Shown: in pieces, positions 1 through 11,530 of the stretch | Numbering within the stretch: position 1 is the stretch's first letter | Layout of the letters: each line of letters starts with the position of its first letter | From: Eledone cirrhosa | Lineage: Eukaryota | DNA: 64,000 bases | Reading direction: 5' to 3' | Assembly (NCBI GenBank): GCA_964016885.1 | Contig: OZ024741.1 | Location: 281,480,001-281,544,000, forward strand | Position numbers and translations under genes: made by a program | Notes under the pieces: generated by a model | What the model saw: only the letters and a program-made list of their open reading frames with translations | The model's database searches: none | What the model was told of the DNA's origin: nothing

Positions 1-450
1 CGAACGGTTTAGGGACCAAGGACACCAGAGGTCTCAATGGTGACTGGCACGAACGGTTTAGGGACCAAGGACACTAGTGGTCTCAATGGTGACTGGCACG
101 AACGGTTTAGGGACCAAGGACACCAGAGGTTTCAATGGTGACTGGCACGAACGGTTTAGGGACCAAGGACACCAGAGGTCTCAATGGTGACTGGCACGAA
201 TGGTTTAGGGACCAAGGACACCAGTGGTCTCATCAGTGACCGGCACGAAGCATTTGGGGACCAAGGACACTAGAGGTCTCAATGGTGACTGGAATGAACT
301 GTTTAGAAACCAAGGACACCAGAAGTCTCCATGGCGACCGGCATGAAAAGGAAGCAATTGGTCAAGCCAGTGACACCTTACGGGGGGGCCTGTTTCTTAG
401 GTGGTGTGAGGACCAAGAACACCAGAAGTCTCAATGGTGATGAACATGAA
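1..450. repeat. 49-bp minisatellite, about 7 good copies then degenerating; runs off the left edge
   Basis: Unit cgaacggtttagggaccaaggacaccagaggtctcaatggtgactggca starts at 1, 50, 99 and onward; it decays after about 345. Confidence 0.95.
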
Positions 451-727
451 AAGGAAGCAGTTGGACAAATCATGTTATTTGGATATTTCATTAACTGTAA
501 AGACAAAGATCTGTCTGTTTTCAGCTAGGTTAATCAAAAGGAAGTAATGAGATCAGTCTCAGGAACTCATTAACCTTTTTGTAACCAAATATATAATGAT
601 ACACACTGCTTATGATATCTACAAATCATTTTGAAAATAATCAAAAGTTTGGAGTAATTTAATAACATAATTTCCTCATTATTAAGCTAGGGTTTGGAAT
701 ATAACTTAAAGGTTCTTATATAAAATT

Positions 728-946
728 TCTCGCGAGCTGGAATGGCTCTTCCAGTGCATCTCCCTCACCATCCTCCAGAGAAACGGCTTCTCTATTCTGT
801 CCACCGAGGCCATGGGGTGGCCAGTGTGAGGGCTCTGAGAAATGGGGAGTGAGAGAGACAGTGTTGTTGAACCTTTTACGTAGAAGCTATACATGTAATG
901 ATAAATACAGAATAAGAAAACAGGACAAGATATATATTCTCCAGAT
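728..946 (+). mobile_element. 3' fragment of an RLE-type non-LTR retrotransposon (CRE-clade-like) nested in a MITE
   Basis: 728-829 translates SRELEWLFQCISLTILQRNGFSILSTEAMGWPV*, resembling the C-terminal LFQRISLAILRGNAxSIL motif of CRE-like elements. It interrupts the MITE motif ggttcttatataaaatt|atg. Confidence 0.55.
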
Positions 947-1634
947 ATTATGATAGGTGTTTTAGATAAATATAAACATTTGAACCCTTTCAATGCTGTA
1001 TTTCTAATGAAATATTTTATATTTTAAGTTATTAATGGAGAATTTAGAAAGGATTTACTAAAATCATGATGATGATGATGATAATTTAATTAAGATATTT
1101 GTAATATAAACAAATGTTCTTATATAAAATGATGTTAGAAGGTTTTTAATTTAAGTAGGAACCCTTTAAAATGAGTGTTGTTGTTTTATCTCAGAACCAG
1201 AGACAGTTTTGGGGAGGTTGGTATCTAAAGGGTTAACACAGTTTTATGTTGTAAACCCTGGTGTGGTTCTGGGTGGTTGGATATCAATAGGGTTAATAAC
1301 TGATTAGAATATTGATCTATTGGCATTAAGTTTAAAGCTTGTACAGGTTTAGTAACAAAGTATTTTGTCTCCACAGTTTTCACAGTTAAAGATAGGAAAT
1401 ACTTGAGCTACAAGAGAGTCTCTTTGGCAGTCTCATAAACAGCTAGAAATAGCAACTGTGTGTTCTCCAAGTCACAGCTACCATCTTAAAAAAGAAAGAA
1501 CATGTTGGATAATATAGCTTATGGCATATTATGGCTATGGTTGGAATACTTTTAATCATAGATCTGTTTGGTCATGTCTAACCCATGTTAGAGTGGAAAG
1601 TGGACATTAAACGATTTTAACAACAATCATTTCA

Positions 1635-1800
1635 TCATCATCATTTCATTTTACGTCCACTTTTTCCCTGCTTGCAAGGGTGGGACGAGAACTGATTCTG
1701 GCTTGATTTCTACAGCTGGATGCCCTTCCTAACACCAACCTCATTTACAGTGAGTGCTGGGTGCTTTTTTGATGTGGCACCTCCACGACCACTTTGCAGT
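1635..1800 (-). repeat. Short dispersed repeat derived from an RTE LINE 3' UTR
   Basis: Reverse complement contains cactgtaaatgaggttggtgttaggaagggcatccagctgtagaaa plus a (gat)n tail, matching the tail of the RTE copy at 39820-39990. Confidence 0.75.
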
Positions 1801-1825
1801 GGAATGATAGGGACTCCAGTCCCTA

Positions 1826-1973
1826 TCATCTCATTTCTACAGCTGAGTAAACTGGAGCAATGTGAAATAAAGTGTCTTGCTCAAGGAAACAACACATCAC
1901 CCGGTCTGAGAATTGAACTCACAACCTTTCGATTGCAAGGCCAATGCTCTAACCACTAAGCCATGTGCCTCCA
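1826..1973 (-). mobile_element. tRNA-derived SINE, CORE-like family (5' part)
   Basis: Minus strand has A box tggcttagtggttag, B box gagttcaattc, then ccttgagcaagacacttt. Confidence 0.8.
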
Positions 1974-2140
1974 TGTAAATATTCAAATTTCGAAACTGTA
2001 CAGTCAATTCTAACCTAGAAAAACATTAATTTGTACACATCATCATCAGTGATGTTATCATTTTTACCTCCAATTTTTCCTTGCTAGCTTCAGTTGGACA
2101 GGATCTTTTAAAGCTGTGCTTTACAGTTGGATGCCCTTCC

Positions 2141-4183
2141 GAGTTGCAACGGCCAAACTGGCTTGAGTTCTATGACTCTGGAGATGTCAACACTGTACTC
2201 CAGAACATCCTGAGCTCAATATGGACAGCATGTGCAGCATCGGTGCCACGTAAGCGGAAAAAACATCCTAAAAGCGCAATTTGGGAGACTGCAGCAGTCC
2301 GTCTTGCCAGAAAAGAACGGCGCAATGCTGAACGTGAGTACAAACTTCACAAATCAGACATTAATAGGAAGAGGCGAAATAGATCGTCCAACCACCTCAA
2401 ACAGGTGACAAAAAAGGCAGTGCTTCAATTTGAGCAGCGCATAGCAACCAGCCCTGACAGTAAGGTGTTCTGGAAGTATGTTCACTCAAAGCAGAGGCCT
2501 CACTCTCCAGTTGGTCCTCTTCGCAATCCCCACACAAGCCAGGTTACTGACGACCCCAAGGAATGCGCAGAGCTCATTGCTGAATGCTATGCAGGCATTT
2601 TCACCATTGAAGACCAGAGTGTACCATCTCCACCACCTATGACACCGGACTCTATTACAACCATGGAATTTACACCTGCAATGCTGCGACGTCACCTAAA
2701 AAATAAACGCAACCATGCCTCTCCTGGTCTTGATGGTGTTACGTACCTGCTTCTTAAACGTGGTGGGTACTTCCTTCTACACCAGTTATCACGCTTCTTC
2801 CAATTCTGTCTGAACAACAGTGCTACTCCAGAACAGTGGAAAACTGCCAGTGTCATTCCTCTGTTCAAAAAGGGTGACCGCACATCACCTGTGAACTATC
2901 GTCCAGTCAGTCTTACTAGTTGCATCGCCAAACTGATGGAATCCTGTGTCAGAGAAACACTTTGGAAGTTCTGGAGCTCTCACAGTCTTATCCGGCCCAC
3001 GCAATTTGGATTTATCCCCAACTCCAGCTGCTGTGATCAACTTATAGAGTTTCTTGAGGACATCACCCGGATCGCTGATGGCGGCTCATGGGTGGATGTT
3101 GTTTACCTTGACTTTGCGAAGGCCTTCAATTCTGTGCCACACAAAAGGCTTATGGCAAAACTCTCTGCAATGGGTGTGAAGGATGATCTTTTTAACTGGT
3201 TGAAGTCCTTCATTCTCAGTCGAAGAGAGGTAGTCACGGTTCTGGGACAGCATTCCTCACCATATGAGATGTCATCTGGTGTACCTCAGGGATCTGTTCT
3301 TGGCCCCCTTTTGTTTGTGGCATATATTAATGACATAGATGCCAACTTAAGGAATGCCACAGCACTAAAGTACGCAGATGACATCAAGCTGTACCTTGAG
3401 ATAAAAAGGACAGATCCTGAACACTATAGATCTTGCTTGCAGTCTGACCTGGACACAATGCAACAGTGGATCTCAGACTGGCAACTCAAGCTAGCTGTGG
3501 ACAAGTGCACCACCATGCATTTTGGGAGTAAAAACCCAGCGTCCACATACTCCCTCCACAGCACTAATATCAAGAAGTCTTCCTGTGAACGTGACCTGGG
3601 CATTACGGTCAGCAGCGATTTGCGTTGGACGAGGCACGTCTCTAAAATTGTCAAGAGGGCCGAGGGTGTCTTAGCATCACTCAGCAAGACCTTTGTCAGC
3701 CGCTCTCCAGATATCTATTTAAGGCTGTATACAGCTATGGTGCGACCACACTTAGAATTTGCATCACCAGTCTGGAACCCCTATCTTGCTCAGGACATTG
3801 ACTGCCTGGAAACTGTTCAGAGACGTGCAACCAAGCGAATACCCTCCATCAGGCATCTACCATACTCTGAGCGCCTTGCTTCCCTGGGCATGGATTCATT
3901 GAAGCTCCGACGCCTGGCAACTGACTTGGTAAACACCCACAAAATTGTTAACCATGTTGCCAACAACAACCCTGAGTGCCTTTTCGATTTCCATGTGTCT
4001 AACACACGTGGACATGCCCACAAAGTAAGAAAACAGCACAGTTCCCATGACTTTCGGAAACATTTTTTCACGCTCAGAGTTGTTGAAGCATGGAACAAAC
4101 TACCTGCATCAGTTGTTAGCTGTCGAGACACTGCATCCTTTAAGGCCTCCATGCTTCCCGAGATCCGCCAACACTACAGCTAA
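2141..4183 (+). CDS. CR1-type ORF2 reverse transcriptase, uninterrupted 680 codons, lacking the N-terminal endonuclease and a true start
   Basis: Motifs NYRPVSLTS, QFGF, YLDFAKAFNSVPH, GVPQGSVLGPLLF, YADD, ERDLG, RPHLEFASPVWNP, VQRRATK, TRGH, FFTLRVVEAWNKLP. Confidence 0.92.
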   Translation, partial: ELQRPNWLEFYDSGDVNTVLQNILSSIWTACAASVPRKRKKHPKSAIWETAAVRLARKERRNAEREYKLHKSDINRKRRNRSSNHLKQVTKKAVLQFEQRIATSPDSKVFWKYVHSKQRPHSPVGPLRNPHTSQVTDDPKECAELIAECYAGIFTIEDQSVPSPPPMTPDSITTMEFTPAMLRRHLKNKRNHASPGLDGVTYLLLKRGGYFLLHQLSRFFQFCLNNSATPEQWKTASVIPLFKKGDRTSPVNYRPVSLTSCIAKLMESCVRETLWKFWSSHSLIRPTQFGFIPNSSCCDQLIEFLEDITRIADGGSWVDVVYLDFAKAFNSVPHKRLMAKLSAMGVKDDLFNWLKSFILSRREVVTVLGQHSSPYEMSSGVPQGSVLGPLLFVAYINDIDANLRNATALKYADDIKLYLEIKRTDPEHYRSCLQSDLDTMQQWISDWQLKLAVDKCTTMHFGSKNPASTYSLHSTNIKKSSCERDLGITVSSDLRWTRHVSKIVKRAEGVLASLSKTFVSRSPDIYLRLYTAMVRPHLEFASPVWNPYLAQDIDCLETVQRRATKRIPSIRHLPYSERLASLGMDSLKLRRLATDLVNTHKIVNHVANNNPECLFDFHVSNTRGHAHKVRKQHSSHDFRKHFFTLRVVEAWNKLPASVVSCRDTASFKASMLPEIRQHYS

Positions 4184-4288
4184 CACATACAAACATGTAC
4201 TTCCCTGGCATTTGTGTATTATTCTATGTACTATATTGACGAGTTGTAGTGCACCTGAGCACTTTACACAATAATTTCATTATTATTA
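2141..4288 (+). mobile_element. 5'-truncated CR1-clade LINE with 3' UTR and (ATT)n tail
   Basis: Abrupt GC rise at 2141, RT ORF to 4183, short 3' UTR with stem-loop gtgc-acctga-gcac, then cattattattat. The flanks rejoin as gatgcccttcc|..atcaaaccctttagt, a repeat seen intact at about 5866-5940. Confidence 0.93.
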
Positions 4289-6172
4289 TATCAAACCCTT
4301 TTAGTCACCTTTTATAATGTGTAGGGATACAATGTACCTGTTCTAAAAACTGAGATAAGCAATACTTGCTCCAATAGCTCAAATATAATGCTACAGGAGA
4401 GCATCTGTAGTAGTCCCATTCCTTGCTAAAAATAGCAGCTCTATCTTCAACTACCACCTTTTATAATGTGCATCGATACAGTGTACCTATTATAAAGACT
4501 GAGATAAGCAATATTTGCTTCAATAACTTATGTAAATATGAAGATACAAGGGAGCTTCTATAGCAGTCTCATAACTTGCTAGAAATAGCAGCTCTATCTT
4601 CTACTTTAAAATAAACAGAATATCATAGACTCAAAAGCCGTTTCAGGTGGTTTGGTATGAAAAGAATTAGTGTCCACAACAGAACAGGCAATTTCTTGCT
4701 ATCGGCCGGTATAATGCTTTCCCTAAACTGTCTGTAGTGGCCAGCACCTGGGGTTCTTCACATCGGAGAAGCGGAGCAGATGAATAGAGAGGGGTGGGTG
4801 GGGTGTCATGGCATCTACTGGTTTGTGCTGTTACTGTTGGTAATTATATACACATGAAGGTACTGTCAGCTCAATAACATATTCATTGGACACTTAATGT
4901 GTTGATAATATACAATACACATCTTATCAATAATGTTTATAATATACAATATTTATCCTACCAGTGTGTTTATAATATACAATATATGTCCTATGTGTTT
5001 ATAATATACAATATACACCCTACCAGTGTGTTTATACTATACCATCAATGCTACACTCCTGTCACCTTAGTAATAAACAATATGTCAGTTGGTTGTGTTG
5101 GTGACAAGACAAAATGTGCCCAGTCCACACTGTAAAGTTGTCATTTTGGTGACACAACGAAAAAATGCCCAGTCCACACTGTAAATGTGGTTGGCGTTAA
5201 GAAGGGGTTCCAGCTGTAGAAACCAAGCCAGAAGCAGTTTTGTATGAGCAAGACACAGTCACCTGATCTGACTTGTTTCACAAGAGTACAACTTGTCTAA
5301 TCCATACTAGTATGGAAAAATGGACATTAAATGATGATGAATATACACCCTATCATTACTACAGTCCTGATACCTTGTCAAAGGCGACTGAACTCTCAGT
5401 TAGACACACATGCTCGAACATATATGCACAGATACACACACTCACGTGCACACACATTTGCTTGCACACACACATACACTTGCATGCACATACTCATGTG
5501 CACACACATTCATGTGCACCCACACTCACATGTACATGCATCCACACACACACTTGCATGTGCACCCATACATACAGAGACTTGTGTACACACACACAAA
5601 ATAGAGCCCCATTTCTAACCAGGCAGAACATTAGATGTTCCATAACTCTTTCATGTTGCCAAGATTGTGATAAGCTCCAATACAAAACATTGAACATTCT
5701 CAGAGATAACTGATGTACAGAAGAGTCTGGGATAAATAAACTAAAATACAAACATACTAACTTCAAATTTTTTTTATTGTCTTCATCATTATCATCATTT
5801 TTCCCTCAACTTTTCCATGCTGGCATGGGTTGGATGGGATTTCTTGAGGCAATATTTTACAGCTGAATGCCTTTCCTGACATCAAACCTTTTAGTTGCTT
5901 CTTATGACATGCAAGGATACAGGGTACCTATTCTAAACTGGATACACACAGCTATTTTATGTCCACTTTTCCATACTGGAATAGGTTGGATGGGACTTTT
6001 TGAAGCAATGTTTTACAGTCGGATGCCCCCTTCCCAACATCAAGCCTTTTAGTTGCTTCTTATGACATGCAAGGATACAGTGTACCTATTTTAAACTGAC
6101 CCACACAGCCATTTTCTGAAATTATTTGTTCGTAGAATATTTTGGAAATAATTTTTGGGGGGAAATCGTATT

Positions 6173-6570
6173 ATTTGAATACCGAATTGAAGATAATGAA
6201 TTTGGCTTTTATACCAACCCTTACTTATGGTCATGAATCTTGGATAACAACTGAAAGAATATGATCGTGAACACAAGGGGCCGAACTGCAGTACGGAGAT
6301 CAGAGAGTTGCTCCAGATAGAGATGCTACTTCGCTTGATTGAGAGATCACGGCTCCAATATTGGTTAGAATGTCCCAGGAAAGAATCACTGGACAGATTT
6401 TAGGGTCGAAACCAGCTGGCAAGATCTCCAGGGGTAGACCCTAAGCAAGATGATCGGATACCATCAATGAGCCTGGTTGGTCTTACTAGGGGATCTAGCC
6501 AGATGGCATGCTTGAGGACTCTGCCTCCACAACCCTTAGGAGGAGAAGGAAGAGGAAGGGGAGGAGGAGA
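6173..6570 (+). mobile_element. Degenerate 3' fragment of RTE/Expander-like LINE
   Basis: Encodes PTLTYGHESWITTERI*S*TQ and RMSQER, with a (GAG/GAA) tail; same family as 34833-37100. Confidence 0.7.
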
Positions 6571-6603
6571 AAATGTTGATAAATCAGAAATCTCTAAATT
6601 ATA

Positions 6604-6810
6604 ACTAAACTGCTTCAAAACCAGAAATACTAAACTGCTTCAAAAAGAGAAATTACTAAACAGTTTCAAAAAACAGAAATTACTAAACAGTTTTAAAAAC
6701 AGAAATTACTAAACAGTTTTAAAAACAGAAATTACTAAACAGTTTCAAAAAGAGAAATTACTAAACTAATCCCAAAACAGAAATTACTAAACTGTTTCAA
6801 AAACAGAAAT
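6604..6810. repeat. About 26-bp AT-rich tandem repeat, about 8 copies
   Basis: Recurrent aaacagaaattactaaacagtttcaa. Confidence 0.85.
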
Positions 6811-7175
6811 GATAGATTTGTTTTTCTTCTGTAAGAATATTTGTAGTAGATATTTTATGTATTTCACTTCCCATCCAGCAAACAATATTTATAGGTAGGA
6901 TATTGTAATTAGCTTCCGTTATGGAGGGAACATTTGTTATTGTCAACAAGATTTACAATTTATGGCTACAAAATTGAAATTCAGAGGCTATCCATTATCA
7001 AACTGAAGAAGGGCAGTTGATTAACAGATTCGCTAGAACATTAGACGAAATGCTTTGTGGCATTTAGTTACGACCCTTTGCCTTCTGAGTTCAAATCCCC
7101 CTGAAGTCAACTAACTTTGCCTTTCACGACGTTAAACGATGATGATGATGAGTAGCAGTCTAGTAAAAAAAGTAA

Positions 7176-7480
7176 AGACCCCCATCAGCCAAGAATGACC
7201 ATGAGATTTGCATCTAGAAAGTCCCTCCCTCTGAGGTGCAAGTCTGGGCAAAGTTGTTTTGTGGAAGACCAGTAGCCGTTCATACATACCAGTCTCGCCT
7301 CTCAAAGGCAAAGGCTGATACAGTGGTGTCACAACTCATTTCTACAGCTGAGTGAACTGGAACAATGTGAAAATAAAGTGTCTTTCTCAAGGACACAACA
7401 CATCGTGTGGTCCAGGAATTGAACTCACAAACTCATGATTGTAAACCCAACGCTCTAATCACTGAGCCATGTGCCTTCAC
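7176..7480 (-). mobile_element. CORE-like tRNA SINE, near full length
   Basis: Same head as 1826-1973; the body matches the + copy at 42791-43110. Confidence 0.8.
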
Positions 7481-9084
7481 AGCAGTCAAGTACTTAGTGA
7501 CAGGATCATTTCCAGGACCTCCTAGACAGGTGGGAGGGGAGAGGGAGAAAGAAACAAATGACTGCTAGATAGGTTAGTTCACTAGAAAGTAGTGCCTCAA
7601 GATATCATCAATATATTCTCAGACTGGAGATCTAGTTAAAATGGTTAGAATAAACTTTTCATGTTAAACTGGTCACTTATGAAATTTAGGATGACCAAAG
7701 CCTATGGTAAATGACATTTATCTGTTAAACCTTTCACACTCTATTTCAATTAATTAATAAAGAATTTTGAGTGATTTACTTAAATTATTATTTATTTCAT
7801 TATTGAGATAATAACTTAATATATGGTTCTTATATAAAATTATGTTGGAAGATATTAATTTAAATTGTAAACCTTTAAAATAGAACCAGAGCCGGTTTTT
7901 GCCGGGTTGGTAACAAAAGGTTAAACTGGGCATTTGTGAAACTTAGGGTGATCAGAGGCTATGGCAGAAAATATTTAAATGTTAAACTGGACACCTGAAA
8001 AACATAGGATGACCAAAAGATATGGTAAATATTTACTGAAAATACCACACTGGGATGAAACCAAGAATCACAAGATTGTGAAGCAAACTTCTTTATCAAT
8101 CTTAGATCCATTTATATAGATGTTATGAAAATTAATATTATACTGACCCCAGTATATGGCTAATAATTTATTTTATTAATCTGAGAAGGATGAAAGGCAG
8201 TGTCTTCTGGCTGCATTTCAATTCAGAATGTGAAGTACCATACTGCAAGACATTTTGTACAATTCTCTAACAATTCTGCCAAATAGAAACAATATCACTA
8301 CCCTTCTTCATCACCCATTTATTCCTGAGAGGATCGTGGAGGTAGATCATATTCTTTCAATCATTACCCAAGAATTATGACCATAGGCAAAGGTTGGTAT
8401 GAATACCAAATTGAAGATAGCGAGTTTACATCTACCTCCCTTTTTCTGATTACTGAATGTGGAATCCCTGTATTATTGAAACAATTCTGCCAGCCCCAAA
8501 TAAAATAACAGATAATGCACAAATAGAAACAACTAATATCACTACCCAGACTATATTACTAAATAGAAGACCTTTCATCTTTTCATGAAATTCCCTAACT
8601 CTAGTTGACAGAACTTGTGGTAAGTCTAGATTAATCATTAAACAAAATAAGTTCATACTTAGGGCATCAAGAGAAGACAGGCACCATTATAGTGAAATTA
8701 AATGTATTTGTCGTCCCGCTCTCACAATTTTTTGGCAGACTTTATATTTGGGGGAATGGCAATGAATTGGCAGAACTAGACATTAAATGATGATGATAGT
8801 GTTAGAATGTCAGAAAGAGTACTTTGTGGTATTTGTTCCAGCTATCTGAGTTCAAATCCTGCCGAGGTCAACTTTGCCTTTTGACCTTTTGAGATTGATT
8901 AAAAAAAAGTACTGGTGTGATTCTTGCTCTATATCTCTTTCCTACTTCCTCTCCTCTGGAAGAAATCTGCTGGCTCCACCAGGCCTAAAATGCCTAAGAA
9001 ACACTGTATGTCACTATGCACCCCCTACGACTCCATCAGAAATGATGGGGAAAAAGAAAAGATAAAAGATTACGGTACATCAAG

Positions 9085-9440
9085 TAGTGTGTCTTGCCAA
9101 GAATTACCATGAAATATGTGCAGTTGATATTGAACTCAGATGAACTGAGGTACATCAAATAGAGTGTCTTATCTAGAAACACCATGAAATGTTTACAGAT
9201 GATATCGAACTCAAGTACATCAAATAGAGTGCCTTGCCAAGAAACACCATGAAATGTGTGCAGATGGTATTGAACTCAAAACTAGATGAACTGAGGTGCA
9301 TCAAACAGAGTTTCTTGTCAAGAAACATGAAATGTGTGCAGATGAAATCAAATTCAGAACTAAATGAACTAAAGTACATCAAACAGAGCGTCTTGTCAAG
9401 AAACACCATGAAATATGTGCAGATGATATTGAACTCAGGA
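9085..9440. repeat. Degenerate tandem repeat, about 55-70-bp units
   Basis: Recurrent tacatcaaatagagtgtcttgccaagaaacaccatgaaatgtgtgcagatgatattgaactca. Confidence 0.8.
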
Positions 9441-10112
9441 CACATAGGTTAACTATTTTATCACCTCAACCATTTTGATTTACAATAAAAAAAATTTTCT
9501 TTGAAATTATTGACTTTGTAAAATCATCTAAACAGAAAATGCAATTAATGACATAATAATAATCATGTTATTAAACTAACATTTTAGATTTAGAGAAACC
9601 AGCAACATAAAAAATATAATTTTCTGCAAAATTATTTTAAATCATAGCAAACAAAAATAATAACTTCCATATATTTTGCCCCTTGCTTGTTTTTTTTATT
9701 AATATATTTTTAAAACATAGCAATAAAAGTATTTAGTTTATATATATATCATCATCTCTTTTCCATGCTAACATCGGTCAGACGACAGACGAATAGTCCC
9801 ATTGTAAGACAAGCCAGATCAGATGACCGTGTCTTGCTCATGCTAATACAGAACTGTTTCAGGATTGGTTTCTACAGCTGGAACGGCAACCATATTTACA
9901 GTGTGAACCAAGCGAAAATTAGTTCTGTATGAGCAAGACACGTTCATCCGATCTGACTTGTCTCACAGCAAGACAACTCGTCTAACCCATGCTAGCGTAG
10001 AAAAATGGACGTTATATGACGATGACTTCTTTTTTGTGTTTAGAAATGTTTACATTGATGTGTATTTCCTTCCAACACACACACACACACACTCATTATT
10101 ATCAACGTTTAA

Positions 10113-10293
10113 GGGCGGTGGATTGGCAGTATCAGTAAAAGCGTTGAACGCCATGCTTTGTAGCATAGAGTTACGCCCCTTTATGATCTGAGTTCAAATC
10201 CCGCCAGGGTTAACTTTGCCTTTCATCCTTACGGGGGTCGATAAAATAAAGTACCAGTAATATACTGGGGTAATTGTGTCAAAAGTAGAAACA
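10113..10293 (+). mobile_element. tRNA-derived SINE (Deu/Nin-core-like family) with target-site duplication
   Basis: A box ggcagtatcagt, B box gagttcaaatcc, core gcctttcatccttacggggtcgataaaataaagtaccag. Direct repeat attattatcaacgtttaa at 10095-10112 and 10294-10311. Confidence 0.9.
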
Positions 10294-10692
10294 ATTATTA
10301 TCAACGTTTAACGTTCATTTTCCACACTAGCATGGGTAGAAAATCAGGTCAGAGGACCGTGTTTTGCTCACCCAGGGTTGATTTTGGCTTGGTTCCTACA
10401 GTTGGATTTCCTTCCTAACGCCAACCACATTTACAGTGTGTATGGGTGCTTTTTACTGTGGCACCAAAATGACCACTTTACAGTGTGGATTGGGTGCTTG
10501 TTGTTGACACCTGGGAGGGGGGGGGGGCACTCCATGGTGTAGGATGGGAACTAGGGAGGGAGGAGAAGGAAAGGGCTTGGAGAAATTGTGGACATAGATA
10601 ATAATGGAGGGATGGTTACCACAAAGAGAGGTGTATGGGATTGGAGAAGGTAGAGGAAGGTGTTGCCTATTAGATATATGCCTTAGCACACT

Positions 10693-10766
<74 letters not shown>

Positions 10767-11134
10767 TAGCCAAGATGTACTCTGCAATCATATAATCCAT
10801 CAGATTTGTTTACTCAAAAGTTTGATTCTAATGTCTTTTACAGATAATACCTGAGATGAATTGGTTCAATTTATTTTGCTCATTGTGGAACAACTTTGAA
10901 CTTGAAACTTTGTCATAACATTTATTTTTTCAACATTCCAACCTCCTTTTTCACCTGACTTTACTCTTTCCTCATGAACCACTCATGTCTAATAATTCTT
11001 TTTTCTTTTTGTTTTCTGACAAGCGTAGAACTATAAGACTTTGTGTAGTTGTTCTTTGTATTTGTCTTTTTTCATCTTGAACTATATATGTATTCATTTA
11101 TATATATACACATGGTATTATATACTTATATATA

Positions 11135-11319
11135 GGGTGGTGGATTGGCAGTATCGGTAGAGGGTCGGACGCCATGCTTTCCAGCATAGTTACGTCCCTT
11201 TACGATCTGAGTTCAAATCCCGCCGAGGTTGACTTTGCCTTTCATCCTTACGGGGTCGATAAAATAAAGTACCAGTAATGCACTGGGTAATTGCTGGCCT
11301 TGTGCCTAAAGTAGAAACA
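11135..11319 (+). mobile_element. Young Deu/Nin-like tRNA SINE with 18-bp TSD
   Basis: Intact A/B boxes and CpGs; TSD attatatacttatatata at 11117-11134 and 11320-11337. Confidence 0.92.
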
Positions 11320-11530
11320 ATTATATACTTATATATACATGGTATATAATTATATGCAGGTGTGGCAAACCACATATATTCTAGCCATTAGAAAAAGCAA
11401 AAATGAATGCTTCACCTTTGAAAGAGGGGTGACTCAAGAAGATATATATATACACAACAAATAAAATATATTTTGGATAGTACAAAGGATAAAAATAAAA
11501 ATAAGGATTTAAAAAAAATGTGTATCATAC

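Noticed and set aside
2081-2140. N-terminus of the 700-aa ORF as a genuine start
   Set aside because: It begins at TTG within flanking repeat sequence; the LINE starts near 2141.
5273-5713. His/Thr-rich ORFs (also 52503-52846 and 55354-55767)
   Set aside because: Translations of CA/GT low-complexity DNA.
10851-10914. Second hammerhead-like motif (+): CTGAGATGA..ggttcaa/ttgaact..GAAAC-ttt-GTC
   Set aside because: The core has a 2-nt insertion and there is no helix I; at most a dead relic.
11147-11222. tRNA gene (A and B boxes)
   Set aside because: It is the head of a multi-copy SINE with core, tail and TSD, and no complete cloverleaf is evident.
11412-11530. C-terminal tail of the 189-aa ORF
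   Set aside because: Read-through past the donor into AT-rich intron.
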